This document shows positions 10,289 to 19,116 of a DNA stretch of 64,000 nucleotides, in pieces (the first letter of the stretch is position 1; every line of letters starts with the position of its first letter). The translations under genes and the position numbers were made by a program. The notes beneath the pieces are model-generated. The model searched no databases. It had not been told where the DNA came from and saw only the letters and a program-made list of their open reading frames with translations. Source of the stretch: Candidatus Bathyarchaeota archaeon (lineage in GTDB: Archaea > Thermoproteota > Bathyarchaeia > 40CM-2-53-6). Where the stretch lies: NCBI GenBank assembly GCA_963833125.1, contig CAWHWX010000001.1, forward strand, positions 320,001 to 384,000. The letters run 5' to 3'.

Positions 10289-10738
10289 ATGACGCAGAAG
10301 TCTGATGTTATCAACCTTCAACTACTAATTCGTAAATCTCCTGAATCGGTTCGTGCTTGGTGGACCGATCTTCCGGAAGACTATCAAGCGAAAGATCCGC
10401 GGGAACAGCCCTACCGAATCGTGACTACCCGTAGGTTATCAAACGGGCGCGAGCTTCGCACGTATTGGCGAATGCCGGATGGTTCAGCATTCGATTTCCA
10501 AGAGATACTGACTTTGAAACCGGATGGGAGTTGGACCTTTGAAATCCCAAACGGCATGGGCTTCCGCATACTCGACGAATTTCGAGCCGAATCAGTTCCA
10601 ACCGGAACTAAACTCACCATTCACAGTACTCTGACACCGCTAGACGCTTCCGCTGCCAGCCGTATTTCGGCACAGGAGGAGCTAATGGCCGAAGGTTGGA
10701 AGGGCGCGGCAGAAATTTGCGAACATGACTCACCTTGA
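10289..10738 (+). CDS. SRPBCC/START-like fold protein
   Basis: IRKSPESVRAWWTD start, GTKLTI, C-terminal GW helix. Confidence 0.6.
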   Translation: MTQKSDVINLQLLIRKSPESVRAWWTDLPEDYQAKDPREQPYRIVTTRRLSNGRELRTYWRMPDGSAFDFQEILTLKPDGSWTFEIPNGMGFRILDEFRAESVPTGTKLTIHSTLTPLDASAASRISAQEELMAEGWKGAAEICEHDSP

Positions 10739-10805
10739 TCAGCTATCAGTTAACATTAACAACAGGTTAATGACGCCGGCCACTTAGATCGACGCAATCG
10801 CGCTG

Positions 10806-11543
10806 ATGAGCTTGTCGAGTTCTTTACGCGCAAAGATTGTCGAAACAGGAAATCTCGATTTAGCGGTTCTATCTGAGATTTTCGGCCGCATTCCTTACGG
10901 AAGAGTGATATTAGCTCTGTATGATCCTGATAGCCAATTTAACTCATTGATGGTCAACGTCGCAGCTGAGCACCTGAAGATCGGGCGTGATCTCCTCTAT
11001 CTTGCCTCATCTAGGCCCACAGTCGAAGTCAGGCAGCAATTCAATGGTCTTGGAGTGAACGTGGCGGAATACGAGGCGAAAGATAATGCGGTTCTCTTTG
11101 ATGATTATTCCACGCAAATGGGCGTGAAGTCACCTGAGAGATATCACTCCACGACTTCGAATCTCAACGAACGGTCCATTACCATAGGTCAGTCGGCACC
11201 CCAATGGCCGGCGGGAACGTTGGTTATTGTAGAGTCCTTCTCGAGCATGGCGGTTAATGAGGAGAACGTCTTTGCGAAGTTCTCGAAACGGGCCGTGGGA
11301 GTATGGAGAGCTCGAGGAGCAGTCATGATAGTTGGTCTGGCAGTCGATATACATACGTTACAATTCTATCAGGAAATGAAACTGCTATGCGATGGAGTGT
11401 TCGAGGTAAGACTAGTTGAACATCACGCAGAGATGATCAATTCGATCAGGTCCAGGTCAATGAAGGGGCAGATGTCAGACTCCAGATGGCGACGGATTCT
11501 ATTCGACAATAAGATGAAAGCTTCACTCCAATTCCTCAAATAG
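10806..11543 (+). CDS. RAD55/KaiC-like RecA-fold protein with degenerate Walker A
   Basis: LYDPDSQF at P-loop position; LCDGVFEVR..RSMKGQMSDSRW. Confidence 0.75.
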   Translation: MSLSSSLRAKIVETGNLDLAVLSEIFGRIPYGRVILALYDPDSQFNSLMVNVAAEHLKIGRDLLYLASSRPTVEVRQQFNGLGVNVAEYEAKDNAVLFDDYSTQMGVKSPERYHSTTSNLNERSITIGQSAPQWPAGTLVIVESFSSMAVNEENVFAKFSKRAVGVWRARGAVMIVGLAVDIHTLQFYQEMKLLCDGVFEVRLVEHHAEMINSIRSRSMKGQMSDSRWRRILFDNKMKASLQFLK

Positions 11544-11572
11544 CGGAAAGAGCAATCTTACAAAGTTTTGCA

Positions 11573-11620
11573 CCGTCGTCGTTCGTTTTCATTTGTGTGT
11601 GGCATTAGTGGTGCGCACCC
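11573..11620 (+). repeat. Repeat copy with linker
   Basis: CCGTCGTCGTTCG...TGTGTGTGG|CATTAG|TGGTGCGCAC. Confidence 0.9.
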
Positions 11621-11695
11621 CACCAGAAAATGCTGAAACAATTCGTTCGGACTTTTCGAATGATGTACGTGATTTTATGTTTTCCTGTGTGCTCA

Positions 11696-12037
11696 TTATG
11701 GACGGGGTTGTTTTAGTTCAACGAATAAGACATGAGTGTTTGTCTCTCCGATATTTTCGCCGATATGCGATTGTTCATCGTTCCAGACGACTTCTCCTCC
11801 CTTAATATCCACAACTACAGACTTACCATTATCGAAAGTAAGTTTCCTCTTGAAAGCACTCAGCATATAGAGCACAGCGTCCGGGTGATGATGCAGCTTT
11901 GTCTTATCGCCAGGTTTGTCTTTGTAATCGATAACTCTTACACGGTCATTTTCGAAAATGACCTTATACTTATCCGGATCAGTTGTTACGGCGTGCGGTA
12001 AAATATTCCTTGCTGCTGACATAACATAAAAAACCAC
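11696..12037 (-). CDS. Small cupin-domain protein
   Basis: FENDRVRV..PGDKT..HHHPD..H.GENIG..VLFVELK. Confidence 0.85.
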   Translation of the reverse strand: MVFYVMSAARNILPHAVTTDPDKYKVIFENDRVRVIDYKDKPGDKTKLHHHPDAVLYMLSAFKRKLTFDNGKSVVVDIKGGEVVWNDEQSHIGENIGETNTHVLFVELKQPRP

Positions 12038-12113
12038 ATACGTACACTAAAACCTTTATTGAGTCCAAAGTGACGGCCTCGCATATCATCGGCTTTTTTT
12101 CGGTTGATTTTTA

Positions 12114-12147
12114 GTGTGTGTGGGTATGCTGGTGCGCACACACACAC
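12114..12147 (+). repeat. Repeat copy forming a 9-bp hairpin
   Basis: GTGTGTGTGG|GTATGC|TGGTGCGCACACACACAC. Confidence 0.9.
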
Positions 12148-12183
12148 GAAAACGGGATCGACGGTGGAACGATGGAGTCGTAG

Positions 12184-12732
12184 TTAGACTTGCCTTGGAT
12201 TAGAGGTTCTGCGTCGGATAATTCCGTACACGATTGCAGTTAGAAACACTAGGATGGCCAGACCGTATGGGTATTCTCCGATTGAGGATAAACATGTGGA
12301 AACAGTGGTCAGAGCGACGGTGGCGGTACTCGTGACGGTGGTTATCGCCTGCTCCAAGACATTCACGAAGCTCGACGCCAGAATAAGCCCGTCAGAGAAT
12401 TGAATCGTCTCTACACAATGTACCCCAATTGGGTATCCAGAAGTAGAGATTGCTATCGGACCAATGTTACCCGAATTGTCAACAAAGGCCTTGTCCGTAA
12501 AAATATTGTTTAGAACGGACCCTGTACAGACTCCGGCGATGTCCGACCAGACCCTAACCGCAACTTCATCAGGCGCCTGGATTGTGTATTCGCCGCCGGA
12601 GACTTGGAAGGTATCCCCTTGAATGACCGTGTTGGGGGTAACGTTGATCGTTTGGACGGCATATACCTTTCCAGCATTAAGAAAAACCAGAATGATTACG
12701 ACTAGGGCTATTGTGGCTTGATTTCTAACCAA
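12184..12732 (-). CDS. Secreted Ig-like protein with PEF-CTERM-like (GEYP) sorting signal
   Basis: Signal peptide, beta-rich body, Thr-rich linker, IGEYPYG + TM + RRR. Confidence 0.8.
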   Translation of the reverse strand: MVRNQATIALVVIILVFLNAGKVYAVQTINVTPNTVIQGDTFQVSGGEYTIQAPDEVAVRVWSDIAGVCTGSVLNNIFTDKAFVDNSGNIGPIAISTSGYPIGVHCVETIQFSDGLILASSFVNVLEQAITTVTSTATVALTTVSTCLSSIGEYPYGLAILVFLTAIVYGIIRRRTSNPRQV

Positions 12733-12892
12733 AAGCGAAAACCGAGCGAGCCGTCACCGACAGAGGCAATATAACACTTTTGCGTGATGAGGATCTTCTT
12801 GACTAATCTTGATTCCCATTTTTTCTTGATGGTGCTAACCAGCCTGTCCACAGACACAACAGAATCTGGTTTTTCATCGTCCTCTTTTGGTG

Positions 12893-12924
12893 TTGTGTGT
12901 GTGCACCAGCATACCCACACACAC
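12893..12924 (-). repeat. Repeat copy, inverted partner of 12114 copy
   Basis: Reverse complement GTGTGTGTGG|GTATGC|TGGTGCACACACAC; first 22 nt identical to the 12114 copy. Confidence 0.9.
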
Positions 12925-13055
12925 TTTTGCGCCGTATGAACGAAACAAGTTATTTGACTTGGGCCGAAAGGCGAACTTGAGAAGTGTCTAGGTGTATCGC
13001 ACAAGAACCTTAAACCCTACAATCACAGAATGGCGTTGGTTCAGGGAGTCGCGAT

Positions 13056-13911
13056 TTGAGGCATGCCATGATCGAGGTGCTGTTGACGATCGCCCTTTTC
13101 CTGTTTTTGATTAATGCTCGGCCTGCATATGCCTTTGCGACCCTAGTTCAACAAAGCAACTTCGGTTGTTCTTGCAATAGTGTTAGTGGCTCCCCTCCCA
13201 CACTGCGCATGTTTCTCTCCTTCTCTCCGGCACTGTGACGGCCGGGGACGTGTTGGTTGTCGGGTTGGCATTCTCTCATCTAGGGAGTCCTTTCCTCATT
13301 GCGTGTGGGTCTCCTATGGTGACGGTTGTCTGTGTGACGGATGCCCATGGCTCACAGTTCACGCAAGCCGTAGCGACGGGGGCGACGGGTAGTTCAGCTG
13401 TGCTCATTTATACGGCTACCATTCCACCGTGTGGAAGTTGCATCCCCTCAGATGAGTTTACTGTAACATTCTTGCGCGTCGCACTTTCATGGATGTGTAC
13501 GCGTATGAAGTGTCTGGCGTAAGCACCGTCGGCCTCGCAACCGGCACGGGTTCAGGGTCCGGAACGATTGTTTCCACATCACCGGTCAGCTTCACAGCGG
13601 GTGCCTTTCTTCTCGGATTCAATATCCATGATTCCGGTGCGTCGGTTACCGCTGGGTCGGGGTTTACACTCAACAATGACCTCCTCGGGATCTCAGCCGC
13701 CGAGTATGCTGACCCGGTCTCTTCGCCAACAACCTTCCCAGCCATCTTAAGCGGCAGCGTGAACTGGGCTGAGGCAGGAATAGCTTTGAATCCGGCACTT
13801 GTTCCTCCAATATCTGAGTATCCTGTGGGGCTACCCTTACTCGCTCTCCTAGCTACGGTCGCCTACGGTGTGGTAAGACGCAGAACTTGTGACAGTCCAA
13901 AGAAGATGTGA
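13056..13911 (+). CDS. Secreted surface protein with PEF-CTERM-like (SEYP) signal, split by two frameshifts
   Basis: ORFs 13056-13238, 13235-13522 and 13489-13911 join into signal peptide + beta-rich domain + ISEYPVG-TM-RRR. Confidence 0.7.
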
Positions 13912-13931
13912 TGACTCATCCTTCAGTTCAA

Positions 13932-14017
13932 GTGTGTGTGGGTCTAATGGTGCGCTTACCAACCGCGGAGAACTTACACAAGCGAAGCCTAGAGACTTTT
14001 CATCCTTTCACACACAC
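13932..14017 (+). repeat. Repeat copy plus distal CACACACAC
   Basis: GTGTGTGTGG|GTCTAA|TGGTGCG at 13932-13954; CACACACAC at 14009-14017. Confidence 0.9.
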
Positions 14018-14043
14018 AAAAATAATTGATTCTCTCGCAGAGT

Positions 14044-14991
14044 CTAGAACTGATATGTCGTACCGACGCTGTTTTGGATGAATGCGCCTGGTGCTGTCCG
14101 CATTATTTCATATACCGCTTTCAATCCTGTACAGTGGCATGGAACGAGGACGCGAGGCTTGAGCGCCGTTAGCTCTTCAATGGTCTTTGGGATTATCGGT
14201 TCAAAGATTCCTCCTGTCAGATGCATTCCGCCTATTACTGCATAGATTGTGTCTTGTCCAGTCAGATCTTTCGCATAATTGATTGTGTTAATGATTCCGG
14301 AATGACCGCAGCCTGTGATGACGACGAGCCCCTTGTCTTTCACATTTAAGACCAGAGCCTGGTCGTCTTGGATTAGGGGATCGTTTTCCATTTTTCCGTC
14401 GATTTCCGCGTAATGAATTGGGAACCCCTTCTCGAATTCATTGATCCTCGGAATTTCCCCTGTGACAAGAATTCTACCATCCAACCGCGGGCTGGGACCA
14501 CTGTCTTCTACGATTTCGTAACCCGCATCTGTCAAGAGCGCCTTGCTTGGAGGGGGAAGCGGCAACGTTCTTCCATCGGGGAATTTTACCATCCTGTTCC
14601 TGAAAGCGTACGGGTGCAAGAGTAACGGCATCTTTCTCGCAGCCGGCATCTTTCGCTTTATGTTTAGAAGTCCACCTGCATGGTCTATGTGGCCGTGGCT
14701 TGAAACAACTGTTTCACAATGGGATAAGTCGAAATCGAGGGCTTCTACGTTATGTACGACGGCAAAGGGGTCTAGTCCGGAATCGAATAGAAGACTACGT
14801 TTCCTTCCGTCGAGTTCCAGAGTGACAAGCGCTGAAAAGCCATGCTCTGCAATCAGCGGCCTTTCAAACCAATCATTTCCCATCATTTTGGGTCTCTTAG
14901 CCACATCGGTTGTTGCGAGTAGAACATCGACCGTGTTGTCCACTAAGCAGGTGACCTCTGCTTTTTCTACTTCTTTCAGGCTAACTGGCAT
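14044..14991 (-). CDS. MBL-fold metallo-hydrolase (MJ0301-like family)
   Basis: AEHGFS, SHGHIDHAGG, DDQAL, GCGHSG, GGMHL, HCTG motifs; likely start MPVSL. Confidence 0.9.
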   Translation of the reverse strand: MPVSLKEVEKAEVTCLVDNTVDVLLATTDVAKRPKMMGNDWFERPLIAEHGFSALVTLELDGRKRSLLFDSGLDPFAVVHNVEALDFDLSHCETVVSSHGHIDHAGGLLNIKRKMPAARKMPLLLHPYAFRNRMVKFPDGRTLPLPPPSKALLTDAGYEIVEDSGPSPRLDGRILVTGEIPRINEFEKGFPIHYAEIDGKMENDPLIQDDQALVLNVKDKGLVVITGCGHSGIINTINYAKDLTGQDTIYAVIGGMHLTGGIFEPIIPKTIEELTALKPRVLVPCHCTGLKAVYEIMRTAPGAFIQNSVGTTYQF

Positions 14992-15029
14992 GACTAAAAT
15001 TAGCGTAGAATGATTAATTTGATTTTTGT

Positions 15030-15074
15030 GTGTGTGTGGGTCTAATGGTGCGAGCGAGGCAAATTCAACCGTCA
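15030..15074 (+). repeat. Repeat copy identical (23 nt) to 13932 copy
   Basis: GTGTGTGTGGGTCTAATGGTGCG, then linker-like AAATTCAACCGTC. Confidence 0.9.
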
Positions 15075-15213
15075 ATAAATTACGAAACTTTCGTGCAAAG
15101 ACTCCTTGCGATTTATTTAATTAGAATGAGAGACCAAAATGGAACGTTAGTGCGAACATGTCCTTCGGAAAATTATGACTCCCAGGTTGCCTAAAATAGA
15201 TGATGCGCAGGGA

Positions 15214-15591
15214 TCAAATTCTCTTGAGTTGGGCCAGCGTCTTCTCGTTCTTCAAGTTACCGGTGTTCAAGGTTGATTTCGGTTCTATCAAAACAACGTG
15301 AACCTCTTCATCGGCAACTGGCTTATGCTCAACTCCTTTCGGAATTACGATGAACTCACCCTCATCTAACCAAATATCTTTGTTTCTTAGTTTGATCAGC
15401 AGTTTCCCTTTCTTCACAAGGAATAACTCGTCCTCGTACTCGTGTTTGTGCCATACGAATTCGCCTTTCAGTTTGGCAACTTTAACGTAAGAATCGTTGA
15501 GTTCGCCTACGATGCGTGGTGCCCAATATTCGTTGAATAGCGCAAATTTTTGATCTATGTTTACTTTCCCAAGGTTAGGGTGTTCTCCCAA
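15214..15591 (-). CDS. Cupin domain protein
   Basis: GEFVWHKHEYEDELF, IPKGVEHKP. Confidence 0.9.
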   Translation of the reverse strand: MGEHPNLGKVNIDQKFALFNEYWAPRIVGELNDSYVKVAKLKGEFVWHKHEYEDELFLVKKGKLLIKLRNKDIWLDEGEFIVIPKGVEHKPVADEEVHVVLIEPKSTLNTGNLKNEKTLAQLKRI

Positions 15592-15606
15592 AAGTTAGAC
15601 CTAGCT

Positions 15607-16479
15607 TTATTGTTTCTTTTCTGTCCAGTCGTAGAATCCTTTCCCGGTCTTCCTTCCGAGTAGGTTTGCGCGCACCATTTGTTTGAGTAGGGTGCTCGGG
15701 CGGAATTTTGGATCCCCAGTCTCGTTCACCATCACATCCGTGATGAAGAGGTGTGTGTCAGCGCCAACGTAGTCAACTAGTCTCAGTGGGCCCATCGGCC
15801 AGTTCAATCCCAAGGTAATTGCTTTGTCAATATCCTCTGGATCTGCAACCCCTTCTGCGACAAGGAATACAGCCTCGTTAAGGGCTGGTACTAGAATCCG
15901 GTTTACAATGAAACCAGGCGTATCCTTCTTGACTAGCACTGACTCTTTCCCGAGTTTAGTAGAAACTTGTTTGATTGTCTCCACCGTCTCATTTGAGGTC
16001 TTCAGACCGCGGACAATCTCGATCAATCGCATTAATTGTGGGGGGTTGAAGAAATGCATCCCGCAAACCTTCTCAGCCCTCTTTGTAGCAGCTCCGATCT
16101 CGGTAATACTGATCGAAGATGTGTTAGATGCGATGATTGCGTGTGGGGGAGCATACTTGTCAGCCTCTGCAAGAACAGCTTTCTTAATCGGCGGATTCTC
16201 AGTGACCGCCTCGATAACTAGATCCACGTTCTGAACAGCCTCTTTGAGGTCCAAGGTGGGGTGAATTCTGTTGAGAATTTCTTTCGATTCGGCTTCGCTT
16301 ATGGTTCCTTTCTTGACGAAACGTTGAAGGCTGTCTTTGATCATCTTCATGCCATTATCGATGAATTGTTGCTCGATATCCCGCATGCTAACATCGAATT
16401 TGCCGGTTTGAGCGCAGACCTGAGTTATGCCATGACCCATTAAACCGGCACCCAAGACACATACTCGCTTCACTTCCAT
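15607..16479 (-). CDS. hbd: 3-hydroxyacyl(butyryl)-CoA dehydrogenase
   Basis: GAGLMGHGI, SNTSS, GMHFFNP, PGFIVNR, GRKTGKGFY. Confidence 0.92.
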   Translation of the reverse strand: MEVKRVCVLGAGLMGHGITQVCAQTGKFDVSMRDIEQQFIDNGMKMIKDSLQRFVKKGTISEAESKEILNRIHPTLDLKEAVQNVDLVIEAVTENPPIKKAVLAEADKYAPPHAIIASNTSSISITEIGAATKRAEKVCGMHFFNPPQLMRLIEIVRGLKTSNETVETIKQVSTKLGKESVLVKKDTPGFIVNRILVPALNEAVFLVAEGVADPEDIDKAITLGLNWPMGPLRLVDYVGADTHLFITDVMVNETGDPKFRPSTLLKQMVRANLLGRKTGKGFYDWTEKKQ

Positions 16480-16622
16480 ATTGAATCAACGACACATAGT
16501 CCGTTTTTCAAGCGAGATATGCTTTCCCATACAGCAGACCTTGGTCTAGAACTCGTAGCGGACGCTTCGCCCATGGTCTATCTGTCACCGGTGGTAGTCA
16601 ACACAGACGACTGAGTCTATTT

Positions 16623-17552
16623 TTAACGAAAAGAGAGGAATGTGTATGCGTAGATTAGAATCGTTACGATGGGCATAATTCTCACCGTGTAGTACTGAAT
16701 TTTCTCTGACTTGATCAAATCCTTCTTGTCGTTATACTTCAGCAGCAGAATTGAGATCGCCAAAGTCGCTACGATGATAATGTACGTCGCGATCATGAAC
16801 TTGTCCGCGAACGTGAGATAACCCAGGGGTGGAAGCGTGCTGTCCAATGTGAATTGGAAGAACACTGCGGCTAGCAGAGCAGTCACTGTGAGTAAGATCC
16901 TCGATTCGAGTCTGCTGCCGACGAGTAGCATGGAAATCAATGCAATGAAAACTACGAAGAAGACCGGAAGGAACATGTTGAATCCTGAAGTTAAGCCCGG
17001 CCGGTTGAGGGCGATTGAAAAGATGTAACGGGAATAGGTTTGGTTGTAGGGAGGGTAGAAGTGATCGACTACGCTTGCGTTCCATCCAGCGACGTTCCAA
17101 CCCACGATTATAACTCTCGGGTCCAAGCCGCTATTACTTGGATCAGGCTGGTATACCAGATATTGTTTGGTGAGAGTGGTATCCTCGATTTCGATATGCA
17201 GATTATGAGAGTCGAAAGGGTATTTCTGTAGGTCTAGATTTTCGTAGAACTCTCCTTGTATGCGGTAGAACCTTTCGTTGGTCGTGTTTTCCTGCAAAAT
17301 GATGCTATCGGCGCGGCCGTCCATGAATTCGAAGGAACCCAGGTTGCATTTGCCGTCGCATGACATAGATAAGTAGAAATCGACTGTATAGGAACCTGTC
17401 GATAGATCGAATTTTCCAATCTGAAGCACATAGATTCCGACTCTCACGACGTTGGGCGACGCTGTTGTCTGAGCGTGCACACTTGATGCGTGCATTTGAC
17501 TGAGCATCAGCGCGAAGAAAAGATAGTAGGCAAGGAGCCGGCTGTATGCCAT
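16623..17552 (-). CDS. Pentameric ligand-gated ion channel homolog (Pro-loop, GLIC/ELIC-like)
   Basis: Signal peptide; VGIYV..DFYL; LDLQKYPFDSH Pro-loop; pre-M1 Arg, M1 Pro (FLPV); M2-M3 LPPLGYLTFADKF; 4 TM. Confidence 0.88.
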   Translation of the reverse strand: MAYSRLLAYYLFFALMLSQMHASSVHAQTTASPNVVRVGIYVLQIGKFDLSTGSYTVDFYLSMSCDGKCNLGSFEFMDGRADSIILQENTTNERFYRIQGEFYENLDLQKYPFDSHNLHIEIEDTTLTKQYLVYQPDPSNSGLDPRVIIVGWNVAGWNASVVDHFYPPYNQTYSRYIFSIALNRPGLTSGFNMFLPVFFVVFIALISMLLVGSRLESRILLTVTALLAAVFFQFTLDSTLPPLGYLTFADKFMIATYIIIVATLAISILLLKYNDKKDLIKSEKIQYYTVRIMPIVTILIYAYTFLSFR

Positions 17553-17636
17553 GGGCCATAGTCTAATTCTTTCCCGATAAAGCGCTTACTGCGAGGCTAA
17601 CAGGTTATGCCAAAGAAATTCGCAGCTCGACTCAGT

Positions 17637-18986
17637 CTATCGAAGCTGAGCTGCTACTTCCTTTACTGCGCCTTCGAAGATTTCCAATCCTTCATCGATG
17701 ATGTCACGGGTTATGATTAGGGGTGGGGCGAAGCGCATCGCTGATTTGCCAGCAGTTATGATTGCCAATCCACGTTTGAAGCACTTGTTCGTTATGTCCT
17801 CCACTTCCTGAGGTGCCGGTTCCTTGGTCTCCGGATCTTTAACGAATTCCACTCCGATCATCAAACCTTTGCCGCGAACGTCGCCCATGATGGGGTATTG
17901 CTGTTGCATTTCTTTCAGTCGCTTCATCAGGTACGTCCCTTGATGGGTCGCGTTCTCCATGAGCTTCTCTTCCTTTATGATATCAATCACCTGTAACGCG
18001 GCGGCGCAAGCTACTGGGTTACCTCCAAAAGTATTGGCATGGGAACCCCCTTCCCAATCCATGAGTTCTTGTCGGGCGACTGCGGCGCCAATCGGAAGGC
18101 CCGATGCAAGGGCCTTGGCGGTGGTCACAATATCAGGTGTTACCCCCCAGTGCTCTAATGCGAACCATCTGCCAGTACGCCCCATCCCAGATTGTATCTC
18201 GTCGTCAGCCAAGAGAATATCATATTTGTCCAGAATCTTCTTCAGGCGCTGGAAGTAATCGTCGGGAGGAACCACGTACCCTGCCTCCCCCTGGATTGGT
18301 TCTACGAACATTGCCGCAGTGTCTTCTGGGGGATGGTATTTCTTGAGTACCTCTTCTTCTATGAAGTCGACGCACCACATGTCGCACTCGGGATACTTCA
18401 GCCCGAAGGGGCAGCGGTAGCAGTAAGGATAAGGAACATGGGTTACTTCGGGAACGAGCGGGAAAAAGTGCCTTCTCTGAACGGGTTTACTAGCAGTTAG
18501 AGCCATCGTTCCGAAACTTCTTCCATGAAACGCACCGGTATAGGCTAAGAAGAGCGGTTTGCGCGTGTGCCAACGGGCCATCTTCATTGCCGCCTCGTTC
18601 GCCTCCGCACCACTATTACAGAAGTACACTTTCTTAGCAAATGAGCCAGGCGTAATCTCAGTTAATTTCTCGGCCAGGTCGATGATTGGCTTATAGTAGA
18701 AATCGGTCCATGAATAGTGAATTAATTTCTCAGCTTGATCCTTGATCGCTTTGACCACGCGCGGGTGCGAATGGCCCACGGCCAAAACTACTAACCCCGA
18801 ATTGAAGTCTATGAACTCGTTACCGTCCACATCCTTAACGACGCATCCCGAACCAGAGTCGGCGACGAGAGGATACCAGCGAACAGCCGATTGCGATATC
18901 AGACTCGCATCTTTCTTAAGCAATTCCCTCGCCTTAGGTCCAGGCGGAGTGGCAACGATCTTATGTCGCTCAACTTTAGCCACCAT
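17637..18986 (-). CDS. Class III PLP aminotransferase (4-aminobutyrate/acetylornithine aminotransferase family)
   Basis: NSGAEANE, FHGRS, EPIQGEAG, DEIQSGMGRTG, TAKAL, TFGGNP. Confidence 0.92.
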   Translation of the reverse strand: MVAKVERHKIVATPPGPKARELLKKDASLISQSAVRWYPLVADSGSGCVVKDVDGNEFIDFNSGLVVLAVGHSHPRVVKAIKDQAEKLIHYSWTDFYYKPIIDLAEKLTEITPGSFAKKVYFCNSGAEANEAAMKMARWHTRKPLFLAYTGAFHGRSFGTMALTASKPVQRRHFFPLVPEVTHVPYPYCYRCPFGLKYPECDMWCVDFIEEEVLKKYHPPEDTAAMFVEPIQGEAGYVVPPDDYFQRLKKILDKYDILLADDEIQSGMGRTGRWFALEHWGVTPDIVTTAKALASGLPIGAAVARQELMDWEGGSHANTFGGNPVACAAALQVIDIIKEEKLMENATHQGTYLMKRLKEMQQQYPIMGDVRGKGLMIGVEFVKDPETKEPAPQEVEDITNKCFKRGLAIITAGKSAMRFAPPLIITRDIIDEGLEIFEGAVKEVAAQLR

Positions 18987-19116
18987 TACGAGTCACCCGC
19001 TTATTGGAACGCGAGCGCTTAGTCCATGAATTGTAAAAGGCTTCCGTTCATCTCTCGTGCATAACACCTAGTTCACTGAAGGACCGGTTTCATGATAAAC
19101 CAAGGTGGCGTCCCGA

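Noticed and set aside
300-15100. Classical integron cassette array
   Set aside because: No RYYYAAC/GTTRRRY attC cores at the repeat, genes lie in both orientations, and no IntI in the window
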